Of a stretch of DNA of 64,000 nt, positions 12,744 to 24,936 are shown in pieces. Source of the DNA: Chrysomallon squamiferum (Eukaryota; Animalia; Mollusca); the NCBI GenBank assembly GCA_012295275.1, contig CM022672.1, forward strand, positions 10,850,001-10,914,000. The letters are read 5' to 3'. Within the stretch, counting starts at the first letter, position 1, and each line of letters starts with the position of its first letter. The position numbers and the translations under genes are program-made. The notes beneath the pieces were generated by a model. That model did no database searches. It had not been told where the DNA came from and saw nothing but the letters and a program-made list of their open reading frames with translations.

Positions 12744-13594
12744 ATGGCCGATGAGTGGCGACAGTGTGTTGACTGGCTAGTTCGATGCCAGATTTTACCA
12801 GATGATCATAAAGCTACAAAAATAGATGCAAATGCATTTGATCTAGCACAGGCTCTTCGAGACGGATCACTTATATGCCACCTGTTAAATCAACTCAGTC
12901 CACAATGTGTCGACAAGAAAGACTTCAGTCCCCGACCTCAAATGTCCCAGGTTGGTTTGTGTATTTAGATATAACTAGTAATATAGTGCTTAACGAAGCC
13001 TTAAATAATTGTTCTGGTTGGAATTTCTCTCTTTAGATTTTATCAGACTTTTAAATTATTTATTGAATGTGCTGGTTAAAATGCCTTTTATAAGTTTATA
13101 CCAGAACAAATAAAAAATAAAAATAAAACGTAAAACGAAATGAGCAGAGATTTTAACTTCCTGTTTCAAAATTGACGGATGAACTGTCAGAACTAGCTGA
13201 GTACTTCAGCAAACATAATTATCATTACACCATAGCCACAAATAAAAAAATATTTGATTTCAGCAAAGTAAATATTACTGATAGCAAATACATACTTTAT
13301 ATTATTTAATAAAAAGTATTTAAAATTATTAATAGATATTAAAAATATATCTACTTAAATCTTAATCATTTGCAATATCTTTATCTTTTCAGTAGTTTAT
13401 TATACAGCATTTTGGCTAACATTTTGCAAATATTTATAAAGTCAAATTATATTTTCAGTTTGTGATTTACACTGAAAGTATTAGAATTTAGAAAGTAATT
13501 TCTATTATTGTTGTGATTTCAGGCTGCCCATTATTTTTTTACTTTTTTTTTTTTAAAGTTTTTTCATACTTTTTTATATATTTTTTTTTTTTTG

Positions 13595-13627
<33 letters not shown>

Positions 13628-14718
13628 GTTTTTGTTTGTTTGTTTATTTTTTTTCTTCATGGAATTACTAAGTTCATTAGAAAGCTAACCAAATAAATAT
13701 AAAATTTTGTTGTACCCAGAATAGTTCAATGGCAAAGCTCATGTGACCATATTTCAAACTAATATAAACAAATTATTATTATTTATAGTGTTATTTAAAT
13801 TTCCAGAATTCCTTTTCGTATGTTACTAATAGAACAGTAAACAGAATTTGTCTTTTTTTTTAAATTACATATTTAGATGGTGACTGAAAAATGATTGTTG
13901 TTGTAAAATACTGAAATATGTAGATTTATAAAAAGGAATGCTCTGACAAAAAAGATAAAAGTTGATCATATTTAGATTCTGCTAGATACTTGTGGTTTTT
14001 TACTGAAAAAAGTTAAGGTCAAGATCTTATTTGTAAATGGAAATTGCAAGATTATTATTAATATTATTATTATTATTAATAGTAGCAGTATATTAATACT
14101 ACAGTTGGTCAGTTTCTATAGCATTAATTGACATTTATTTGATATTATTTCTAACCTTGATTTTATTATCAATAAATCTGTTTTTCAGTTTCTTTGTATG
14201 AAGAACATTCGGACATTTCTTCAGACATGCAAGAAAACTTTCAATTTAAAAGATTCAGACCTTTTTCAGCCACATGACCTGTTTGATGTCAAAGATTTCA
14301 AAAAGGTAAACCAGCTAAAATAATTGAAAAACAAACCATTTCCATTTATTATCTGATTATTATTATTATTATTTTTTTCAGCCTTCATTTACATCTTAAT
14401 ATAAAACAAATATGACCTTGAAGCATTTTAAAATTATAAAATATGGATACAATACAGTTATCAAATCTAAGTGAATATATGTAATTTTTATATATAAAAA
14501 ATATGTTTTAATTCTTGGAAGTTTTATGAACATTGTTTATTTTATGCATGTTAAAGCTGAAAATTCCTAATATTATTTTCATTTATTTTAGTACAGGCAT
14601 GCTTTTGATATATAAATATTAAAATATTTTAAAGACACATTATGTATACTTTTCTTTAATAGGTTTTGGAAACATTGTCAAAGCTATCTAAAACAGAAAA
14701 AGCTCAAAGACGATTCAG
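12744..14718 (+). CDS. VAV: vav CH-domain exons (12744-12950, 14189-14305, 14663-14718)
   Basis: [12 protein letters not shown]...PQMSQ|[11 protein letters not shown]...[10 protein letters not shown]|VLETLSKLS. Confidence 0.93.
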
Positions 14719-17700
14719 GTATATAATACATACATGAATTTTGTATGTTTTAAAAACATTCCATTATATTTTACTTACATTATAATGATAGATAGATATT
14801 TTTAAGACTATAATTGACATTAAACCTTTTCTTATAAAAAAAAAAAAACTTGTTTGAAATAGACTAAATTTATTAAAGTGTATAAATAAACATGATAACA
14901 AAGGATTGTTGATTACAATTGAATGGGTTCCAAATAAGATGTAATTAATTTGCATAAACACATGATAAACTAAAGTTAACTTCATATCAATCACACTGGT
15001 ATTTTGAATATTTTCTTTTGAAATTTTAGCTGAACGTGTCGTCAGCATTGTTTTTTCATAATTGTTTTATTTTTATTTATTTTTTATATTTTTTTATATC
15101 AGTTCAAGAAGTTTTCTGTAATCAATTTTTAACCCAGAAATGTTTTATTTAAAAAAACCCAACAAATCCTGCCCCCAAACAAACAATCCTGAAGCTGATT
15201 ACATTACTGTTGCAGATGTTTTTAAAAATTAATAAATCACATATACATATTGGAACGCTATGAAAAACCATTCTGCCTCAGTAGTTCCAGAATTCTAACT
15301 TTCACATAGGTAGACTTGATTCTTACCAATAAGAAAACATATATTTAATTATGAGGAATCAGTTACATTTTTCTGAAAGGGGGGGATCTGTTACTTTTTT
15401 CATCATTGCTTTCATTAATAATAATATATAACTAAAGATACCATTGTTAATACTCGTTTTTTAAATAAATAAATAACCTTTCCCTATTAAGAATATTTCA
15501 GTATAGGTATTTTTTGTTAGCCCCATAGTAGCTTTATTTATATGTATTTATAGAGGTTACCCACCCACTTCTTCAAAAGATGTTCATGTACAAGAACACC
15601 CATATTACAACGATTTGGCTCAACTTGCTACGTAAGTTAGCAGAATGACTGAAGATAGCCTAGAGGTCATTATCTGCTTGTCATGGTAGTATGTTTTTCC
15701 AACCAGAATGCATGCCGTTAGTGTGGCATCCAGAAGTTACCAATCAAATCTGACTATTTTATTTTCAGGGTTTTTGGGGTTTTTTTTTCCAACACAAGAT
15801 GAAATGATTTAATCATTTTAATATCTTGAAATATGTGATTCTTGATTGATTTATTTATTTATTTTATGTATTTTTTCATTTTTCATTTTTCATTTTTTTT
15901 TTTTAATAATATCTATGTTTTTATACATGTGAGGTTTTGATAATGTTACAGGCTATGTTTTTGTTCAAATCGAAATTAAAACCATAATTTGTCTTCTTTT
16001 ATTATTTTTTTCCATCTTAAAATTAAGTTAATATTCCTAAAGTTTACTATTCCAGAAATTCCTATTTCTTTCCTGAATTATTTTATAAAATAGAATAAAA
16101 GTTAATCTAATCTAATTAAATGAAGTCAGTTGCATTTATTTCCATTTGGTTGGTTCCTTATTTTGTTTGTTGTTAAATAGTATTATTAAATTTCTTATTT
16201 TTGTTTTATTTATTTATTTATTTTATTTATTATATTTTGTTTTTTTTGTATTCAAATTTTATGTAGTTTTTTTTAAATAATCTGAATGCTGTGAAATTTC
16301 AGCATGTTAATATAATTTTAACCAATGTTTTAAACTGTTTTAGTCCCAATAATTTAGTATCAATAATTTTTAACTGAATTTGCATTTTATCTGATTCTGA
16401 ATAATTACTGATTTCATTTCTGATTTTTATTTATTTTTTTTAAAAAAAGAAATCCCTTGGAAATGAAGCTTGAATATTTGAAGTTTCTAAATTATCATTA
16501 AGGAAAAATAAAATAATCTTTTATATAAATTTTGTTTCTTAGGCTAATTCTGATCAAAATATGAAAAAAAGATCTATTCTGGATATTCCTTCATTTACAT
16601 TTTTAAGAATGAAGTGGATATAAACAGCTCATTCATTGTATAAAAGCAAATACTACACATTGCTGAATTTTTGTTTCACAACCATACTCTTCTTTCAGTT
16701 TACATGTTACTTTTGATTTGGCCTTGTATTAGATATTTATTTAGTTTTGAAGTTGATACTTCATTTTGATTTGGCAACAAAAATATATTTTGAAAAAATA
16801 ACAACAACCCCAAAACCCAACAAAAAACAAGCACTTGAAATATTGTATAAATACATATATATATAAACTAACATCTGTTTTACAAGTAACAAGCATATAT
16901 TCAGTATGTGTGTAATGTTTGTCCTGTCTGATAACTGTTTGTTTGTGTGTCTGGTTCTAGTGGGTTTCCTCCTGAAGGTGATGATGACTATGATGATCAG
17001 GAAAATATTTACGGAAACCTCAGAGATTTGGCCTTGTAAGTAACATCACTAACAGAATGAAAACATATATATAATTATGTTGCATTTTGGATTTTTGTCT
17101 TGCTACACTTAAGAAAATCATGCAGTAAATAACTCAGCATTTTTTTCTCAGTTTTATTATTAATATTTTATAAATTTTAAAGTCTTCAATTTATTGTAAA
17201 TAAAATTAAAAATAGTTCACACACACACACACATGAGTAAAGAGAAAAATATTGCCGTGGAGAATATAAAATATATTGCTTGACCAATTACTATTTATAA
17301 CTTACGTTGTTATTGTTACATATATAATAATGATTATTAGTAGAACAGTTTTTAAAATATTCAAAAAAAAAAAAAAAAAAAGTAATATTAAATAAATGTA
17401 ATTTTTAATAAACATGACTGAAAAAGGTAAAGATTGTTTCCAGTTTTTTTTACATCCTGAATTAGTTGTTAATTAAAAATAATATTAATTTTCAAAATAA
17501 TTGATTTTATATAAATCTGTTTCTAATACTTTGTTTTTATTTCCTCAACATTCTTGTTTTCTTGCACAAAAGACAACAGAAAAGAAATAATTTATTTAAA
17601 ACTGTTCTGCATCAAAAACAGTTTAAATATATAATAATTTATTCTTCTGTCAAAAAAGTAATTAATCACTGTCATACAGTTGTTAATATTGACACATTAA

Positions 17701-19197
17701 ACAAAGAAAGATATAATAATAATAACAAATATCTGATTGTTTTATTATAAAAGTGAAAAAAAAACTAAAAAAAAAATTTAAGTTTTAATTACACAAAAGA
17801 TTTATACAATAGATAATACATATGCACACAGTTACCTAATAATTTATCAGTTTTTGATTTATTTTCACCGTTTTTTAGGGAAACTGATTTAGAAGATCAA
17901 GAAGAAATATATGATTCAGTCTGTCAAGATGAAGATATTTATGATGATCTCTGTTACAGAGAACCAACTGAACAATCAGCAGTGAGAAATATTTATTTCC
18001 TGTCAATAAGATAACTGAAATTTTATTATTTTCAGTTGCAGACATATTTATGTTAGAGCTATTTTTAGAGTTGAAAAATAATAAATTGTGCACGTTTTCT
18101 GAATATTTTCTCAGCTGAGTCTGAAATTTATTTATTATTTCTTGTAAAGGTTTAATATTTTGTTTACTTTTTTTTATTTTGTAAAATAGAAAATTAATTT
18201 TAATGTTATTTAAAATTAGAAAATGTACGTAATTCTTTTTCTTTCAGTAATATAACAGATAGTTAATTAAATTATTCTGTTCAGTTTTTCTAAAGTACAT
18301 TTTTGATAAATATTTAATGTATATTCCAGCAATTTATGCCCTCCCCACAGACAAAGAAAGACTATTGTTTGAAAGAAATGATTGACACAGAAAAGAACTA
18401 TGTGGATGCTCTCAAAATGATTGTTCAGGTAAATCAGTGATTTTCAGTGTTATAAAAATTTGTATGATAAATTACTAAAAGAATAAAAGGAGTTTGAAAT
18501 AACAGCTGTACCACAATATTATTGAAGTAAGAATGCTGACAACACTGTATGTTCAAGAACATTGAATAGCATCAATTGAATCGATAATAAAAGACTTAAA
18601 ATTTATATAATACACAGCAGATTGAAGGAAACAGTTGTAAGTGACTGTAAAAATACTTACAGTAAAAAAAAACACATTAAAAAGCTTTAATACTGAGCAG
18701 TCATGAGAAATAAGATTCAATAAAGATTTCCCCATCGTTTTGGGTTTATTTATTACCTAGCATGTATGAGGAATTGGGTTATACCATTACAGAATCTAAT
18801 CACGTGTAATGCATTTTGCAGGTGATCAATTCCAACTTTTTCTTAGTAAGATGACAACATACACAAAATTTCTTTTTTCATTTAAGAGGTGAAAAAAGGT
18901 TCTGTTGTAAATTTACACAAAAATGTCCCTTTTATTTGCTTTTTCATTTCATTTACTAATTTACTATTACTTATTTATTATTATTATTGCTGTTTTTAAT
19001 AATGACATGTTTTTGCTTTTTAGCATTTTATTAAACCTTTGAAGACAATTTTGTCAGCCAATGAAAGAGATGTAATCTTTGCTCACATTGAGGTATGTCC
19101 ACATTTTTAAACATAATATAATATTAGTGAGTTGTTTGTGGTTTTGTATGTGTGTTAATTGTGAAAAGGATTTTTTCAAAGCAGTTATATTATTATA

Positions 19198-19229
<32 letters not shown>

Positions 19230-19323
19230 TTTATTTACTATCATTTTACATATTAATTATTTATTTACCATTTATTTATTAATTGTTAGTTTAAATGCTA
19301 ATTATGATTTATTTATTTGCTAT

Positions 19324-19356
<33 letters not shown>

Positions 19357-21368
19357 CTTTTAATTCATATATTTATTATTTCTTTGTTTTTTCTGATTTA
19401 TTTACTTTTACTTTATTTATCTATTTATTTGTTTATTTCACTAAATATCTTCTCACCCATATTCAGAGTTTACTGGATATACACAAACTGTTTTATGCGG
19501 ATTTGTTGAGAGTTGTTACAACAAAGCAGTCGCCCATGAGCAAGGTTTTCACAAGTTACAAGTCAAAGTTACTCATTTACGGAGCCTACTGCTCTAACCT
19601 GCCACATGCACAGGAGATGATTGACAAAGTCAATGAGAATGAAACTACAAGAAATAAAATTCAGGTTTGTTTCAGTTGACTTTATACTAAAAAACAAAAC
19701 CAAAAAAAATCACATTTAATATTGATCATTATTTAATAATTTAAAAAAAACATTAAAAAAAAAAAAAAAATAATAATAATAATAATAATAATAAAATTCA
19801 GCAGTATTCACATTGGTTAAAGGAATTACATATATGTTAAATTCAGATTAATATATGTGGTTCTTTAGCTGTCAAAAACCCAATATCATTCATATTTTAT
19901 ATTTGTCATTATTAAAAAATAATAATAATAACAAAATTCATATAGCTTCAAGGAATTATTTATATTTTAATTAAAATTAAGAATTTTATATATAAAAATG
20001 TGCATTACAAATATAATAAATTTGTTTCATAAATACTTTTAAATTTATTATTACTATTTTTTTAATTATGGCAAACTGACACAGCCAATATTAAGAAAGT
20101 AAAGATAAATAATAACTTTAGAACTCAGTGTATTTTGATACAGCCTTTGAAAATGTATTAATCTACATTTTTCACTCACATACACACACACACACACACA
20201 CACTCATGCATATATATATATATATATTTTTTTTTTTCAGGAATGTGAAAGAAAGGCAAACGAAGGAAAGTTTCGGTTACGAGATCTGCTTCATGTTCCA
20301 ATGCAGAGGGTTTTAAAATACCATCTTTTGCTACGGGTATGTTACTTACAGAGGCATAGACTGGAATTGTAATTTATTTTATATGTAGCTGATGTGTTTG
20401 CTACATTTATAATGTCTGTTATGCTTTATGTCCATGCCAGATCAGTTGTTATACATATTAAAAAAATCTGTTGACCAGAAATTGTGGGATGTGGTTGAAT
20501 ATAAATAAATTATAAACTATTTCTGTTTAATGGTTATTTAATTTAAAATGTTTGGAGTTAACTAACATACTTGTGATTTTGTTTTCACTTTTCAGGAACT
20601 AATTAAAAACACTGACCGAAATGAAAGAAGTGATTTGGAAATTGCATTGGAAGCCATGCAGGTATGTTATTTTAACAAATACAAGTAAAATCATTCATCT
20701 TGAATTCAGGACTCTAGATTATCTTAAGTCTTTGCTACCATACTAACAGTTTTTACTTCCCCTGTACATATAAATATCTACTACAAAAAAAAATGCATGT
20801 TATTGAAAGCATTAAAAAAATGTGTTTCAGGATTTGTCACTTTACGTGAATGAAGTCAAAAGAGACCATGAATCATTGCAGCTGATAGAAGAAATTCAGA
20901 ACAGGTCAGTAGATAAAATGAATGTGATACAAATTATTGATTTTATTTACTTAAAAGATTATCTGACATTTACAAGAGGTTTAGAATAATATCAATTAAT
21001 ATATTTTTTTTAAATCATTTGAAAAACAGACCTGATTTCATTTTCCAAAAATAATTTTATATCATTTTGTAAATCTGATTTGATTATTTTTCTTTTTTAA
21101 AAGCAAATCAGTAACTGTAATTTGATATTAGTTTGTTTTAGATGTTTTAGACATATACAAACAATTAGGTTATTTTTTATTTTGTTTTAAACAATTTGAT
21201 TGCAAAACAGGTGTAACTTTTAAGTGTTTTATAGGTGATCCAATATTACAAAATTACAAGCATAATAAAGAAATTAAATACTTCAGTTTATCGTTATACT
21301 TGTCTTTCTAGAATATTGTTTTAAAATGATTGGATCCATTTTTTAAATGTTTTATTTATCTATTTATT

Positions 21369-21407
<39 letters not shown>

Positions 21408-22419
21408 TTGATTATTTATTTGTTTTTTGTTTTTTTTATTATTATTTCATATATTTTATTTTTTGTATTTTCAGTATTGTTGATTTGAGAATGGTAAGTC
21501 CATGGAATTTTCAATTTTGTATTTATAACAAGTTTTTCTTTGAAATTTCTGTGACAAAAGGTTGTTCACATTTTGAAGTATTTCTTACTTGGTGTTTATT
21601 TGTGTACCTGTAAAAAAAAAAAAAAAATTTTATTTTATTTTATTTATATTTTATTACAGCTACACATAAAATTCTACTGCAGACAGTTAAAACAAAATTT
21701 GGATATATATATATAAATTATGACACTTTATACTAGAGCACATTATTTTAACAGAAATCAGTTATGATTTAGAAAAGGGTTTGGAATAAAGAATGTAATA
21801 ATAAAAAGACAAAAGTAATGCTTAGTGAAAAAAATATTTAGTGATGCAGAAGCCATCCAATATTTGTACATTTGTTAAAAAATGATTATAATGTTCTGAC
21901 AAATCAACATTTCATGTAGTTCATGAAATTTGTTATTAATGCATCTATTACTGGTGAAATATATAATTTACTCTCTCTAAGAAGAAGAAAATGAAAATAA
22001 TCTTTTTGGTTATAGTTATGCTTTATTTGCTTCATTTAAGTGGGAAGGATTTTTTTATTACTATTATTTAAATTAATTTATTTAATATTTTATTTTATTT
22101 TATTTTATTTTATTTTTTATTATTATTATTTTATTTATTTATTTATTTTTTTTTTTTTTTGGTACAACATATTGTATCTTATGTATATTTATTTATAATA
22201 TACTGACATTTTTTTTTTTATGAAAATTTTTTAAAAGTTTCAGATCAAATGAAACTCATGTACTTTTCCTTCCAGTACGATTCTGATGCCTTTTTCTCAG
22301 TCTCTGAAATTTGATTGTTCACATTTTTTTTTTTTTAAAGATTGCTTACTGCTTTCTGGAAACTAACCATAAACTAAAACTCTGAAACTGGCATGACAGT
22401 TTTTGTCTGAAGAAATTTC

Positions 22420-22450
<31 letters not shown>

Positions 22451-23407
22451 CAAAAAAACAACAACAAACAAACAACCTCTTATTTCATTTGTATATTTAA
22501 AAAATGCAAATTGTATCCCAGCACACCAGACACTGGTACTATGAATAGTTTTCTTCTGTTTCCATAGCATTTGACGAAACTGGCAGCTCGATACCCCAAT
22601 GAGGTTTGTCTGTCTACTTCCTGCAAGATGTTTACTTACTAACATGTTATCATGTTACCATTTCTTTTCCAGAATGTGGTTGCACTCGTAGTTCTTGTTT
22701 GCAGAAATGCTTGCAAAGTATTCTCCATATTCAGTAGGGGAAAAACACAAAAACAAAAACAACCCAATCCTCTTTGCATTTGATTTTCTCTTTGTTGAAA
22801 TTGTACATGTATATTAAATTAACTTTTTGTAAAAGTTAATTTTGTATTATTACTATTATTATTACAAAAAAGGAATCTTGTTATTGTAATGAAAACTGTT
22901 CATTCCATCTGAAATATATGTCATAAGTGGACTTTTTATATCAATACAACTGCCATATATTAGGAATAAGTATTGACATTTTTGTACCACATATTGAATT
23001 TTTTTTTTATCTTTACAAACTAAATAATGGAAATAAGAAAGTTATCATCATTCGAAGATTGGTGTTATCAAAATGATTAGTTTTGTTCTTTTTGCTTTTT
23101 TATTTTTTAACATGAACATTTCAGTAATTTATAAAAAATCTACATGCTCTGTAGTTGATGAATCTTTTTAATATATAATATTTATTTTATTTATCTTGAA
23201 TGTTTAAAATCTGATGATCTTGTAGCTTTTTCCTGATGATATTTTGTATTAAGCTATTTGATTCCTGTGTACTGCTTTGCATGAATATATTCTGTTACCC
23301 ACTGAACACTGGATTCATTCAAAATATTTAATCTTTTCTCTAATACTAATAATTTAATGACATGTTGTTTTTTTTTAGCAGAAATATGAGATGTGTATAT
23401 TTTTTGA

Positions 23408-23456
<49 letters not shown>

Positions 23457-24740
23457 ATGGCCATATTGCTCTGGTGATAATATAAGCAGGGGAAAAGGAT
23501 CAAATTTTGCAAGCATACTGAAAATTAGTTTAAATACTTTCTTCTGCTTTATCTATTGCAAACCAAAATATAATTGTTGATAGAAAGGTTTTCCATTTTA
23601 AAGCACATCTCTATTGCTTTTCATTACACTGCTATAGATTTGTAGATAATAATAATTCAGATCTGAATTTCAGCATCATTTCAAATGCTACATGCCATAT
23701 ACTGAGAGCCCCATTGTTGATATTCATAATAATAATAAACAGTTAACATAGTATAATGTCACCAAATCTTGGAGAGAAATAAAAATAAGAAAGAAGAAGA
23801 ATAGTACATTTTTCACTCTAATATTTAATGATTTTTTAACTTATTTGAATACTAATTTTCAATACACAACATACATACATATTCAGGTATTCCAAAGTAT
23901 TCAAAAGTTAATATGTTTAACCATCGTTTTAAAACAAATTTTAAATGTTAAATTTGTCACCAACAAATTTTATTTTGTTATTTCTAATACAATGTTTTTC
24001 CTGTAATCAAGTTTATTTTTTATTTTTTGTTAACTTTTTGAAGAAGAACGACATTATTACTAATATAATCTACAGATATTATTTTCATTGTCATTGCTAA
24101 ATAGATTCTTAACTGCATTCAGATTAATTTTGATAGAATAACCAAAATAAACTAAAAAATTATTATTTGATCATATATTTACATAAAATTTGCATTGCAT
24201 GCTAAAATTGATTACTGAACGTTGAGAAACAGTAACTATATTATTAATGAACTAAAAAAATAAGGATAATAATGTTATTAAATAAATAAGTAATAGTATT
24301 AACTATTAAATAAAGTCTTCGTTAATGAGTATTTGTGTGACTGTAGAATTTAGGATTCATATCTGGATGGTAATATATTTAGTAACTTTGTTAAAACAAA
24401 ATCTTCACATTCTGAAATGCTTTGATTTCCTAGGTTTAAGCTTTCCTATTAAGAATGCTGTTAATGATTTTTTTATATGCAGATATCTTTTATACATGTA
24501 TACACAATAATCTGTCACAGTGTGCTTCATAATGACTTTGTATTTTGGTCCGCATCAGGTTATTTAAATTGTTTCAGTAGTTTATAGATAGTCTGGTCAC
24601 CAGTTCAGTTATTCAAAGTATCTCATTCATCTTTGTGAATGTTTTTTTTTTTTTTGGTTGTTTTTTTAAAGTATTTGCTTAAAAAGGCATAACTGGTTGT
24701 CTTGTTTTTTTTATTATTTTCTTGTCAGTTATTTTAATAT

Positions 24741-24771
<31 letters not shown>

Positions 24772-24902
24772 TTTTAGCCTACAAACACAACATTAAAGGA
24801 TTATGGAAGATTTCAGAAAGACGGTGAGCTAAAGGTTCTTTCACACCTGGATAGTCGAGTGAGAAACAGGTAAATAATATTTACACTTTTCTTCTGATTT
24901 TC

Positions 24903-24936
<34 letters not shown>

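Noticed and set aside
22261-22315. Acceptor-like CTTTTCCTTCCAG in a vav intron
   Set aside because: No credible donor follows and the frame reaches TGA.
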